From: an uncultured delta proteobacterium
GTDB lineage: Bacteria > Myxococcota_A > Polyangia > Polyangiales > Polyangiaceae
Assembly: GCA_963696385.1 (NCBI GenBank)
Contig: CAVOKF010000007.1
Location: forward strand, 704,001 to 768,000
DNA: 64,000 bases
Direction of reading: 5' to 3'
The notes under the pieces were generated by a model. That model saw only the letters and a program-made list of their open reading frames with translations, was not told the DNA's origin and did no database searches. The stretch's first letter is position 1, and the number at the start of each line of letters is the position of its first letter. Both the position numbers and the translations under genes were made by a program. Of this stretch, positions 39,101-47,814 are shown in pieces.

Positions 39101-40936
39101 AATCCCGAGGTGGCCATCACCAACCCGCGTCACGATGCCAACGCCGTCGCCAACGGATCGATCGACTGGATTGACGGAACCGATCCGCAGAAAAACGACC
39201 CGTTGGTCGAGCACTTCACGTTCAACACCCCGGTCGGTGAGGCCACGCAGTGCGGCCACGCCATCTTCAGCGACTTCCACGTGAGCGGCGTCACCAACGC
39301 GAACAACACGCCGTTCCCGACGGAGTGCTCCAAGACCTTCAGCGCGCAGGAGAAGATCCTCGAGTACATGATCTTCGACCTCGCGTCCTGCGTCACGCCA
39401 CCGACGTCGTCTTGCGTGCCTTTGACCTGCTCGGGCCAAGGTCTGTCGTGCGGCCCAGCGGGCGACGGGTGCGGCAACACGATCCAATGCGGAACGTGCA
39501 CGGCCCCGCTCACCTGCGGCGGCGCTGGGGTGCTCGGCCAATGCGGCGAACCCGACGGGGGCGCATGCACGCCCGCGTCGTGCATCCAGCAGGGAATCGC
39601 TTGCGGTCCGGCCGGCGACGGCTGCGGCAACGCGCTCAACTGCGGCACCTGCCCGGCGGGCCAGACCTGCGGCGGCGGCGGCACCCCGGGACAATGCGGT
39701 GCGCCCGACGGCGGGGCCTGCTCGCCCATCTCGTGCGCGAGCCAAGGGCTCGCCTGCGGTCCAGCCGGCGACGGCTGCGGCAACGTCATCGAATGCGGCA
39801 CGTGCCCGGCTGGGCAAACGTGCGGCGGCGCCGGCACTTCCGGTCGCTGCGGAGCGCCCGACGGCGGGGCGTGCTCGCCGCGGTCCTGCAGCGCCCAAAA
39901 CATCGCATGCGGTCCAGCCGGCGACGGCTGCGGCAACGCGATCAACTGCGGCACCTGCCCGGCGGGCCAGACCTGCGGCGGCGGCGGCACCCCGGGACAA
40001 TGCGGAGCCCCCGATGGCGGGGTCTGCTCGCCCGTCTCGTGCGCGAGTCAAGGGCTCGCGTGCGGGCCGGCCGGCGACGGCTGCGGCAACGCGATCAACT
40101 GCGGCACCTGCCCGGCGGGCCAGACCTGCGGCGGCGGCGGCGTCTCGGGACAATGCGGAGCCCCCGATGGCGGGGTCTGCTCGCCCGTCTCGTGCGCGAG
40201 TCAAGGGCTCGCATGCGGTCCAGCGGGCGACGGCTGCGGCAACGCGATCAACTGCGGCACCTGCCCGGCGGGTCAGACCTGCGGCGGTGGCGGCACCCCG
40301 GGACAATGCGGAGTTCTCGACGGCGGCACGTGCGTGCCCGAGTCGTGCGGGGTACAAAACATCGCTTGCGGGCCCGCCGGCGACGGCTGCGGCAACGCGA
40401 TCAGCTGCGGCACCTGCCCCGCCGGACAGACCTGCGGCGGGGGGGGCACCCCGGGACAATGCGGAGCGCCCGACGGCGGAGCGTGCGTGCCGATGACGTG
40501 CGCGGCGCAAAATATCAGCTGCGGGCCGGCGGGCGACGGATGCGGCAACGCGATTGCGTGCGGCGTCTGCCAAACGCCCCTCAGCTGCGGCGGCGGCGGG
40601 GTCTCCGGCGTGTGCGGCGCCCCCGACGCGGGATCGTGCGTTGCGCTGACCTGTGCCCAGCAGCAGATTGGCTGCGGCCCGGCCGGCGACGGATGCGGCG
40701 GAGCGCTCGAGTGCGGGCCGTGCACCTCGCCCCAGACCTGCGGGGGCGGCGGCGTCAACGGACAGTGCGGCGGCGGACAGTGCGTCCCCTATACCTGCGC
40801 CGAGCTCGGCTACACCTGCGGGCCGGCCGGCGACGGATGCGGCAACCTGCTGCAGTGCGGCACATGCACGGCACCCAATACATGCGGCGGCGGCGGTCAG
40901 CCATCGCAGTGCGGAATGCCGAGCATCCCGCGGTAG
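36182..40936 (+). CDS. giant Cys/Gly-rich repeat lipoprotein with a central carboxypeptidase-regulatory-like domain
   Basis: Lipobox AAAAC; 10 + 10 CxPxxCxxxxxxCGPAGDGCG repeats around TITGTV..PVPNVLVYVP..DGTFTL..LVIQLGRWRR and GGHFFATHYSYSW. Confidence 0.9.
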   Translation: MQLSAFGRWLGNFVLMGVGGLAAAACGSSSSEFGKVTPDASSLTDGGGVVLNPSEGGALVTACVPKTCAQLGYTCGQNADGCNGTVNCGTCVAPAFCGGGGYSVCGTGVTGEHEGGTVDAGSPCVPKTCAELGYNCGYAGDGCGNQLDCGGPSACTAPAYCGGGGPEQCGGSVLIAADGGLASHCTPKTCADLGYNCGLAGDGCGNQIDCGGVSACATPEYCGGGGANVCGGNVFVAADGGTVNLCTPKTCGELGYNCGPAADECGNLLNCGTCTLPEYCGGAGPSQCGGTASVGADGGIITPCAPKTCAELGYDCGYAGDGCGNQLDCGGASACPSPEYCGGGGANVCGGNVFVAADGGTVNLCTPKTCAQLGYSCGPAGDGCGNLLNCGSCTLPQYCGGGGTSVCGGSVYVAADGGTVSACTPQTCAQLGYNCGAAGDGCGNLLNCGSCTSPQYCGGAGANVCGGSVYVGADGGTVNLCTPETCAQLGYDCGPAGDGCGNLLNCGSCALPQYCGGGGAANVCGGSVYVATDGGTVNLCTPKTCAELGYNCGPAADGCGNLLNCGSCTSPEYCGGGGTSVCGGSVYVAADGGTVDLCTPKTCAQLGYNCGPAADGCGNLLQCGTCLGADTCGGAGAAGVCGHTCGGLCAYQASCPNGPPTTITGTVLAGVSAWTGLAQDPVPNVLVYVPNGPLTTLNQGFTVGSCPQCGADVSGDPLVTTYTNYDGTFTLTNVPNPPAGQTLPLVIQLGRWRREFQIAPPAPCAVTPIGSLNLPSNHTEGSIPETAISTGAVDALECVLLKMGVDQAEFTSNTANPSGRIHVYAGGPGNNGGNPGATVPNAQPETTLMGATGTYLNYDQILFPCWGAAATKTPAELANLVTYANNGGHFFATHYSYSWLYGNPYGTGVYANGEFNNVATWNPNFNNPGTVTWTLNVSKVPPVVPAPMHSGIFWQWLNLVDALSNSNVANPPTNPEVAITNPRHDANAVANGSIDWIDGTDPQKNDPLVEHFTFNTPVGEATQCGHAIFSDFHVSGVTNANNTPFPTECSKTFSAQEKILEYMIFDLASCVTPPTSSCVPLTCSGQGLSCGPAGDGCGNTIQCGTCTAPLTCGGAGVLGQCGEPDGGACTPASCIQQGIACGPAGDGCGNALNCGTCPAGQTCGGGGTPGQCGAPDGGACSPISCASQGLACGPAGDGCGNVIECGTCPAGQTCGGAGTSGRCGAPDGGACSPRSCSAQNIACGPAGDGCGNAINCGTCPAGQTCGGGGTPGQCGAPDGGVCSPVSCASQGLACGPAGDGCGNAINCGTCPAGQTCGGGGVSGQCGAPDGGVCSPVSCASQGLACGPAGDGCGNAINCGTCPAGQTCGGGGTPGQCGVLDGGTCVPESCGVQNIACGPAGDGCGNAISCGTCPAGQTCGGGGTPGQCGAPDGGACVPMTCAAQNISCGPAGDGCGNAIACGVCQTPLSCGGGGVSGVCGAPDAGSCVALTCAQQQIGCGPAGDGCGGALECGPCTSPQTCGGGGVNGQCGGGQCVPYTCAELGYTCGPAGDGCGNLLQCGTCTAPNTCGGGGQPSQCGMPSIPR
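36367..38105 (+). repeat. N-terminal array of 10 coding 8-Cys repeats (~180 bp unit)
   Basis: Units such as CTPKTCAQLGYNCGPAADGCGNLLNCGSCTSPEYCGGGGTSVCGGSVYVAADGGTV. Confidence 0.9.
39412..40915 (+). repeat. C-terminal array of 10 coding 8-Cys repeats (~153 bp unit)
   Basis: Units such as CSPVSCASQGLACGPAGDGCGNAINCGTCPAGQTCGGGGTPGQCGAPDGG. Confidence 0.9.
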
Positions 40937-40951
40937 CCCCCCTTGGGGGTT

Positions 40952-42436
40952 TCAGGGAACCGCCGACGGGCCGCCTTCGGAACAGACCGGCGGCGGCGAG
41001 CAGCCGCCGTCGGGGCAGGGCGCCAGGCACGCCGGATCGCACGAATCGCTGCACACGTGCACCGGGATGGTCACCCAGCTCGCGCCGCCTCGGTCATCGT
41101 GAACGACGACGAAGATCACTCCGTCGTGGGGGTCGGTCGGCGCAAGGAAAGGCGGATTGAAGTCCGTGTCGGGATCGCTCACGGCACCGGTGGTCGGATC
41201 GTAGAGCAGGCGGGTATCCGATTTGAATCCGCCGAAGGTGCTGTAGTACTCGGCCCAGATCTCCTCGTGGCGCGCCACCCCGTTCGGACCGACGTCGAGC
41301 GGGTTCACCTCCCAGCTGTCGGGCGTCAGCGTGGGACCGATTGGAACCTGCGGGCAGGAGGCCGGCGTGCACACGACCGCGAAGGGAGCCGACACCGCGA
41401 ACAAAGGCGACGATCCCTCGATCGTGGCCTGAGCGGTTCCGCCGTCGCGGGAACCGAGATCGAGACTGGCCACGACGGGATTCTGGTTGATGTCATAGCC
41501 CCCGTCGGATCCGACGTACGAGTACACGCGCGTATAACCGAAGACGTAATCGTTCGCGCCGAGCTGGGTTCCGGCGTCATCGAAACAGCCGATCGGCAAC
41601 TGTTGCGGGTTGTTGCTCGAACCCACCGGCAGCGGCGCGAGGTGACCCGCGCAGGCCATATTGAATAAAATCACGAGTCCGTACGGTCCCGATCCCGCCA
41701 CCGGGGGGTGGGAGGTGACGACGTTGCACGGCATCGTGAACTGGAACGAGGACTCGACGGGCACCGGGACGGCGGCGTCCGGCGAGGCCATCGCGCAATG
41801 GGCATCGTCCGAACAAGCATCCGGCTCGGTACCCGCGCTTGCATCCAATCCAGCCGCGTCATCGGGAACCGCGTCGGCCGCTGCGCCCGCGTCGCCGACC
41901 GGCGGAGCAGCGGACTCCGTGCCGGCATCCGACCCGGCGTCGCCCGTCGGAGCCGCGCCGGCATCGACGCTGGCGTCCGGCACGGGAGCCGACTCGGCAT
42001 CGGAGGCGTCGGAACCCGCGGCCGCGCCGTCATCGGCCTGCGGCGCCGCGTCGTCGACGTCGGGGGCCCCGGCCTCTGTCGCCATCCCACTGCCGGTCGG
42101 ACACGGGCTCGGGCCCGGCCCGCCCCTACCCGCGAGCTCGGCCAGCAGTTGGCCAAAACACGCGTAGTACGCGTCTTGCGCGGGGTTCTCGCAGACCACC
42201 GGCAGCCATACGACGTTCATCGGAGCGGTACGCTGGGCGGCCGGACGACCGTCGTACGCCAACACGCGGACGCGCACCGTATCGCCCGGCTTCGCGTAAG
42301 GCTCGCTGGCGCTCGAGGCCAGAATGCGCACGCTCGCCAGCAGCGACGGGTCGGCGAAACCGCTCGGGGCACACGACGACGACCCCCACCCGAGTACGAC
42401 GACGAGACCCGCGGCGACGCGGCCGGCGATCCTCAT
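40952..42436 (-). CDS. lipoprotein partner of TonB-dependent receptor
   Basis: Lipoprotein-like signal (...GSSSC); SVRILA, NQNP, VVVHDDRGGASW; acidic DAG-rich linker; starts 1 nt after the receptor stop. Confidence 0.8.
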   Translation of the reverse strand: MRIAGRVAAGLVVVLGWGSSSCAPSGFADPSLLASVRILASSASEPYAKPGDTVRVRVLAYDGRPAAQRTAPMNVVWLPVVCENPAQDAYYACFGQLLAELAGRGGPGPSPCPTGSGMATEAGAPDVDDAAPQADDGAAAGSDASDAESAPVPDASVDAGAAPTGDAGSDAGTESAAPPVGDAGAAADAVPDDAAGLDASAGTEPDACSDDAHCAMASPDAAVPVPVESSFQFTMPCNVVTSHPPVAGSGPYGLVILFNMACAGHLAPLPVGSSNNPQQLPIGCFDDAGTQLGANDYVFGYTRVYSYVGSDGGYDINQNPVVASLDLGSRDGGTAQATIEGSSPLFAVSAPFAVVCTPASCPQVPIGPTLTPDSWEVNPLDVGPNGVARHEEIWAEYYSTFGGFKSDTRLLYDPTTGAVSDPDTDFNPPFLAPTDPHDGVIFVVVHDDRGGASWVTIPVHVCSDSCDPACLAPCPDGGCSPPPVCSEGGPSAVP

Positions 42437-42437
42437 G

Positions 42438-45047
42438 TCACATCTCCACGCGGAGGCCCAAGCTGGGCAAGATGGGGAGATCGCCGAGGTACGAGGTCAT
42501 CGTCGAATTGTAATTGTAATTTATCCCATCGACATTGGCGTTATTGTAGACATTGAGAACATCGAGGTACGCCGCGACCTTGCCCCATCGAAAATTCCAG
42601 GTCTTGTCGACGCGGAGGTCGAGCGAATCGAACAGAGGCAGCCGCGATCCGTACTGAGGATACGCTTGAAGGGCGGAATAACTCCCGACGTTTTCGTCGT
42701 AGTAGCCATACTGCTGCGGCGTGTACATGTAGCCGCTGGTCAATCGGAAACGAGCGCCGAACTCCCAGCCATGCCCGAGCTTGTAGCTGCCGAGAATCGT
42801 CAATACGTGGGTCTCGTCGTACTCGGACACCATGAGCGGAGCGCCCGGCGCGTCGCGCCGCAGGCTGCGCGAAAGGGTGTAAGCAATCCAGCCGAAAAAG
42901 TGGGCGTCGGGCTTGTACCGAAGCAGCACCTCGGCTCCGTAGATGACGCCGGTGCCGGTGTTGCCCAGGTCCTGGACCACCAGGTGGTCGAGCTGCTTGT
43001 AAAACCCCTCGAACGATCCGTCGATCTGCTGGGTGAACTCGCGCTCGATTCCGAGATCGTAGTGGTACGCGCGGTTGCTCGTCAGTCCCGACATGCCGAA
43101 GACGGCGTTGGTCTCCTGGGGCTGCGGCGGCTGCGAGAAAAGTCCGATCCCGGCCTTGATCGTGGTCCGCGGCGCGGTCGTTAGGTCCTGTCGAACGACG
43201 ATGCGCGGATCCAGGTCCCAGGCGTTGGTGGCCTTCGTGTAGTCGAGCCGAAGGCCGGGCACGATGCGAGCGCCTCGCCACGGCGTGGCCTCCCACTCGA
43301 CGTAGGCCGCGGGCTCGTAGAGCGACGAGTTGCTGTTGGCCTGAAGCGGAGCCTGACTCGAAAAAGGACCCGACGGCGGGGACCCGGCAGTCGGGGCCGG
43401 CGGCAGTCGCGCCGCAAGGCCGTACGGGGCGTAAACCATGTCGACACCGACGTTCATCGTGAGCTGTGGGTCGATTTTCTGCGAGATCTCGGCTCTGCCG
43501 GTGATGGGCCAATCGGTCAGGGTGAAGTAGATGTTGCCCGCGCTCAAGTCCACGGCGTCTTCGCCGAACGCGACGACGGCGTGGAATCGCGTGTTGTCGC
43601 CCATCTGCAATTTGTACAGAGCTTGCGCTCTCCAGAAACCCGTATGGTCGCTGAGCTGCCCGGCCAGGGTCGGCGCCCCTTGACTTCCGCTGGTGAGCAG
43701 GATCGCGAGCCGATCGTCGGATCCGAAGAACGCAAAACGGATACTCGATCGATTGCTGAGATTGCGTTCGAGAATGGCTTGATAATCGTAATAGACAGGG
43801 GCCACGCTGACATCCGCGCCGGTCGCTTTGAGCACCGGTCCGAGCCACGTATCCACGTACGATCGGCGTCCGGCGACCAGAAATTTCCATCCCGTGTCGA
43901 AGACAGGACCCTGGACGAGCACACGGGCATCGATGAGGTTCGCCTCGGCCAGGGCATGCACCCTGTCCCCCTTGGGCTCGGCCAAGCCGACGTCGACGAT
44001 ACCGCCCATCGCGCGGCCGTATTCGGTGCTGAAATTGCCCGGGAAAAAATCGATTCGATCGATCGCCTCGGTGGGCAAGACCGAAAATAGCCCGCCGAAG
44101 TGGTAGACGATCGGGATCGGCGTCCCGTCGACGAAATACTGGGAGTCTTCCGGGGCCGATCCCCGCACAATGAGCAGCCCGGACAGCGCCGGGGGCCGGG
44201 CCACCCCAGGCAGGTTCTCGAGCGAGTGCAGGGCGTCGCCGCTCGTGCCGGGAATGCGATTGATCTCGCTCTGGTCGAGCGTGAATTCGGTGACCTCGCG
44301 AGGCGGCCTCTTGCCGTGAACGTCGACCTGCTCAATCTCATCCGACGCGTCCGGGGCGCCCGGCGCCGGCGCCGCCGTCGTCGGCTCGAGCCGGTCGATG
44401 GCGCGCTCCTCCTGGGCGGGCTTGAGCGTCTGGTCCACTTCGTGCGCTTGCATGCCCGCGGCGGCAATCGTCACGTGGTACGCGCCCGGGGGTAGCTTTT
44501 CGATGCGCCAGGAGCCATCGGCCCCCGTCACGGTCGACCGCTCGCTGGCCGTGGCGTCGCGCACGGTGATGGTCGCGCCCTCGACCGGCCGATCGCTCGC
44601 GAGCACGCGCACCGTGCCGGAGAGCGTCGCCGGCGGCGGCGTAAACGTGTACGTAAAGCGAATGCGGGCGGCGACGGGGACGCCGTCGCGCTTGGCCGGG
44701 TCGAACTTCAGGTCCATGGCGGCGGCGACCGCCGCTTCGTCGAAGCCGTGACCCGCAGGACTCTCGACCTCGGCCTTGCTCACGGCACCGCTCGAGTCGA
44801 TGCCGACGAACAGCGAAACGGTGACGGCTCGATCGACCCCGTCATCGACCGCTTGCTTGGGGTACCGCGCGCCGCCGTCGAAGCGCAGGACCGGCGGAGT
44901 GACTTCGCTCGGCCGGACGGGCACGCCAGCATCCGGGCCCGATCCGCCGGTGTCGTCGGCGTGAGTCGGTACCGGGCGCGCGAAGACCCCTATCGCCGCC
45001 GCGATCGCGAACAGCCAGGCCTGAATGGGGGAGCGCGGCGCTCGCAT
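42438..45047 (-). CDS. TonB-dependent receptor with N-terminal TonB-C and carboxypeptidase-regulatory-like domains
   Basis: YPKQAV..FDEAAVAAA..FDPAKRDGVPV (TonB-C); plug IPGTSGD..LPGV..VRGSAPEDSQYFVDG; barrel PGLRLD, LDLRVDK, PILPSLGLRVEM. Confidence 0.92.
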   Translation of the reverse strand: MRAPRSPIQAWLFAIAAAIGVFARPVPTHADDTGGSGPDAGVPVRPSEVTPPVLRFDGGARYPKQAVDDGVDRAVTVSLFVGIDSSGAVSKAEVESPAGHGFDEAAVAAAMDLKFDPAKRDGVPVAARIRFTYTFTPPPATLSGTVRVLASDRPVEGATITVRDATASERSTVTGADGSWRIEKLPPGAYHVTIAAAGMQAHEVDQTLKPAQEERAIDRLEPTTAAPAPGAPDASDEIEQVDVHGKRPPREVTEFTLDQSEINRIPGTSGDALHSLENLPGVARPPALSGLLIVRGSAPEDSQYFVDGTPIPIVYHFGGLFSVLPTEAIDRIDFFPGNFSTEYGRAMGGIVDVGLAEPKGDRVHALAEANLIDARVLVQGPVFDTGWKFLVAGRRSYVDTWLGPVLKATGADVSVAPVYYDYQAILERNLSNRSSIRFAFFGSDDRLAILLTSGSQGAPTLAGQLSDHTGFWRAQALYKLQMGDNTRFHAVVAFGEDAVDLSAGNIYFTLTDWPITGRAEISQKIDPQLTMNVGVDMVYAPYGLAARLPPAPTAGSPPSGPFSSQAPLQANSNSSLYEPAAYVEWEATPWRGARIVPGLRLDYTKATNAWDLDPRIVVRQDLTTAPRTTIKAGIGLFSQPPQPQETNAVFGMSGLTSNRAYHYDLGIEREFTQQIDGSFEGFYKQLDHLVVQDLGNTGTGVIYGAEVLLRYKPDAHFFGWIAYTLSRSLRRDAPGAPLMVSEYDETHVLTILGSYKLGHGWEFGARFRLTSGYMYTPQQYGYYDENVGSYSALQAYPQYGSRLPLFDSLDLRVDKTWNFRWGKVAAYLDVLNVYNNANVDGINYNYNSTMTSYLGDLPILPSLGLRVEM

Positions 45048-45254
45048 CGCGCAGCTCAGCGCTTAGCCGAGTCCGGCGGGGGCGCCAACCGACAAAGTGC
45101 GGGTGCTCCGAAGAGCGGCCTCGTCCGATGCGGTCGGTCCGCGACCGCAGAAGCCACGGCCCGCGCGCCGGGCGGGATGCCGCCGTGACGGACCGGATCC
45201 CGAAGGGCACGGGGCGCCCGCAAACCGGTGTGATATACGCGCTCGCGCAAGCGC

Positions 45255-47372
45255 ATGGCTGTCCCGCAAGCCCTCGACGGGGCCATGTCGAGCTCCTCGT
45301 CGCGGAGCCTGTCGCTCGACGCCGAGGGCTGGCGTTCGACGTGGTCACGCCCTCCGGACCTGCCGGCCCAGGCAGCGCTCGCCCTCGCCATCGTGCTGCT
45401 CGCGAGCTCGCTCACCCGCCGCAGCACGCGATGGGTCGCTTCGTGGTTCGACTTTGCCGCGATCGCGCAGCCGGCGCGCCGCCACCGCTTTCTGACCGTC
45501 GCCGCCTTTGCCGCAGCGTTTCTGTCGCTCGGCTACATCGCGTTCTACCTGCGCGGCGGGCCTCGCGCCGTGGATGCCCCCATCTACTTTCTCCAGGGAC
45601 GAGCGTTGTCGCACGGTCATTGGTCATGGGGCGCAGGCCAGCCCACGGCCAGCTTCCGAGCCGGCGGGCTGCTGCTCACGCCTCCTGACCGTCTCGCCGG
45701 CATCTTTCCCCCCGGGTTCCCTCTTCTGCTGGCGTTCGGGTTCCTCGTCGGCGCGCCGATGTTGGTGGGACCCCTCGTCGCCGCCGCGGTGGTGATCGCC
45801 ACCTGGTGGCTCGCGCGCGAGCTCGCCCTCGGCACGGGCGAGAGCCCGCAGAGGGCCGAGGGCGCCGCGTGCGTGGCCGCTGGACTCTCCATTGTTTGTG
45901 CGGCGCTGCGCTATCACACGGCCGACACGTTACCGCACGGAGCCGCCGCGGCCGCGGTGGCGACGGCGATGGCGTCGGCGCTTCGGGGGCGCCGTCTCGA
46001 TCGCGCGGGCGACGGCCGTCCCCTGCTCTTCGCGGCGTCGGGGTTGGCGTTGGGCATGCTGGTGGCCACGGAGCCACGGTCGGCGATCGCGGTCGGGGCC
46101 ATCGTCCTCGGGCTTTCGATCGGATGCCGCCAGCGCATCCGATCGATCGGTTGGGCGGCGGCCGCAGCCCTGCCGGGTGTGATCGTGTTGCTCGCGGCCA
46201 ACCGCGCGGCCGGCGGCCGAGCGTTCGCGTCGCCGGCCTCGGCGTACTTCGTGCTGGCCGGCCGCGGGCCGGGCGGCTTTTCGACCGCCGACGCCCTCGC
46301 GCGAACGATCGATCGGCTGGGGGCGCACCTATTCGACGTGGCGAACTTCGAGCCGCTCGCGCTCTTGCCCCTCGTCGCGCTGTTCGGCCGCCGGCGCGCC
46401 CGCCCCAGCGTTTATTGGGCCCCAGCACTCATCGTCGGTCAACTGTTGGCGTATGGGCCGGTTGCCTCCGAGGTCGTCGGACCGGGCGCCGGCGCGAGCA
46501 TCCTCGCGGACGTCCTTCCGATCGACCATGCGCTCATCGCGCTCGCTCTCGTGCGCGTGTTCCCGAACGCGCTCGGACGCGCCGCGACGGCGCTTCTGGG
46601 CTTCGCGATCGGGGGGTTTGCCGTCCATGCGGCGTACGCGCACGACCGGCTCGCCACGAGCGACATCGGACGCCCGCGCTTCGAACCGGATGTACCGCGC
46701 GACGCTTCCGTCAACACCGGTCTGCTCTTTTTCGACAATGACGCGGGGTTCGAATTGGCCCACGACCCGGACGTGGCCGCCAACCGCGGACTCGAGGCCG
46801 TGCGGCTGCGGGGCGATGATCACGATCGGCTGATTTTCGACTGGCTCGGCCGTCCTCCAACGCACCGGTACATGACCTCCGCGACCGGCCGTTCAACCGT
46901 GCCGCCGTGGTCTCCGGGGCCAGCGAGCGACTTCTGGCGCTTCGAATCCGAGAGCGAATGGCTGGTTTCGGCATCGGGTGGATTGGCCGAGGCGCAGGCT
47001 CTTGCCGTTCCCACGTGCGTATCGGGAGGCCACGCTGTCGTGCTGACGCCCGCCGCATCGGCCATGGCGAGCGTCCGGATCGAGCTGCCGATGCCTCGCG
47101 AGAACATCACTCGCAAGGGGCATAGCTGGATCGTGACGCCGCGCGTGATCGAGCGCTCGACCGGAGCCGCCGGCGAACTCACTCTCGTGACGAAGTCGGC
47201 CGGGCCGACGCTGGCGCACTGGTCGTGGTCGGACGACGTGCAAACGCCCAACTGCCGCGACCTGAGTCCACAGGTCGTCGATGTCGCCACCGACGGGGAT
47301 CGCTACTGGCTCGTCCTTCAAGCCCGTCGCGGCGCGGTCGCGCTCGACCGGACCACGTTGCAAGCCCGCTGA
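45255..47372 (+). CDS. polytopic membrane protein, GT-C (ArnT/PMT-like) glycosyltransferase candidate
   Basis: GPRAVDAPIYFLQGRALS, FPPGFPLLLA, many TM helices, periplasmic C-terminal domain; start uncertain. Confidence 0.65.
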   Translation: MAVPQALDGAMSSSSSRSLSLDAEGWRSTWSRPPDLPAQAALALAIVLLASSLTRRSTRWVASWFDFAAIAQPARRHRFLTVAAFAAAFLSLGYIAFYLRGGPRAVDAPIYFLQGRALSHGHWSWGAGQPTASFRAGGLLLTPPDRLAGIFPPGFPLLLAFGFLVGAPMLVGPLVAAAVVIATWWLARELALGTGESPQRAEGAACVAAGLSIVCAALRYHTADTLPHGAAAAAVATAMASALRGRRLDRAGDGRPLLFAASGLALGMLVATEPRSAIAVGAIVLGLSIGCRQRIRSIGWAAAAALPGVIVLLAANRAAGGRAFASPASAYFVLAGRGPGGFSTADALARTIDRLGAHLFDVANFEPLALLPLVALFGRRRARPSVYWAPALIVGQLLAYGPVASEVVGPGAGASILADVLPIDHALIALALVRVFPNALGRAATALLGFAIGGFAVHAAYAHDRLATSDIGRPRFEPDVPRDASVNTGLLFFDNDAGFELAHDPDVAANRGLEAVRLRGDDHDRLIFDWLGRPPTHRYMTSATGRSTVPPWSPGPASDFWRFESESEWLVSASGGLAEAQALAVPTCVSGGHAVVLTPAASAMASVRIELPMPRENITRKGHSWIVTPRVIERSTGAAGELTLVTKSAGPTLAHWSWSDDVQTPNCRDLSPQVVDVATDGDRYWLVLQARRGAVALDRTTLQAR

Positions 47373-47478
47373 TGAGCCCGCCGGCGCCATAGGCGTTGAC
47401 GTCGCGGAAATGTAAGTGATAGCGATACTTTCTGAACGACCGGTAGCGTCTCATCCGGCCCTCTGCGAGCGGAGCACC

Positions 47479-47799
47479 ATGACGAAGAGCGAACTCATCG
47501 ACGCGCTGGCGGCTCGCCGGACGGACCTCACCAAGGCGCGAGCGGAGCTCGTCGTCAACTGCGTGTTCGACGCCATGACCGAGGCGCTGCAAGGCGGTGA
47601 GGGAATCGAGATCCGCGGCTTCGGCAGCTTTACGGTACGGCCGTACAAGCCCTACTCGGGCCGCAACCCGCGAACCGGCGATCCGGTCGACGTCCCGGCC
47701 AAGCGCTTGCCCTTCTTCAAGGTCGGCAAGGAGCTGAAAGAGATTGTCAACGGAAGTCGCCACCTGCCCATTACCGGTGGCAAGGACGACGACAAGTAG
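47479..47799 (+). CDS. ihfB: integration host factor beta / HU family
   Basis: MTKSELI, IEIRGFGSF, GRNPRTG, PFFKVGKELKE. Confidence 0.93.
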   Translation: MTKSELIDALAARRTDLTKARAELVVNCVFDAMTEALQGGEGIEIRGFGSFTVRPYKPYSGRNPRTGDPVDVPAKRLPFFKVGKELKEIVNGSRHLPITGGKDDDK

Positions 47800-47814
47800 C
47801 GCCCTCGACCGCGC

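Noticed and set aside
36367..40915. Regularly spaced repeats as a possible CRISPR array
   Set aside because: Units are 150-180 bp, in frame, vary at synonymous positions and have no unique spacers; no cas genes are present.
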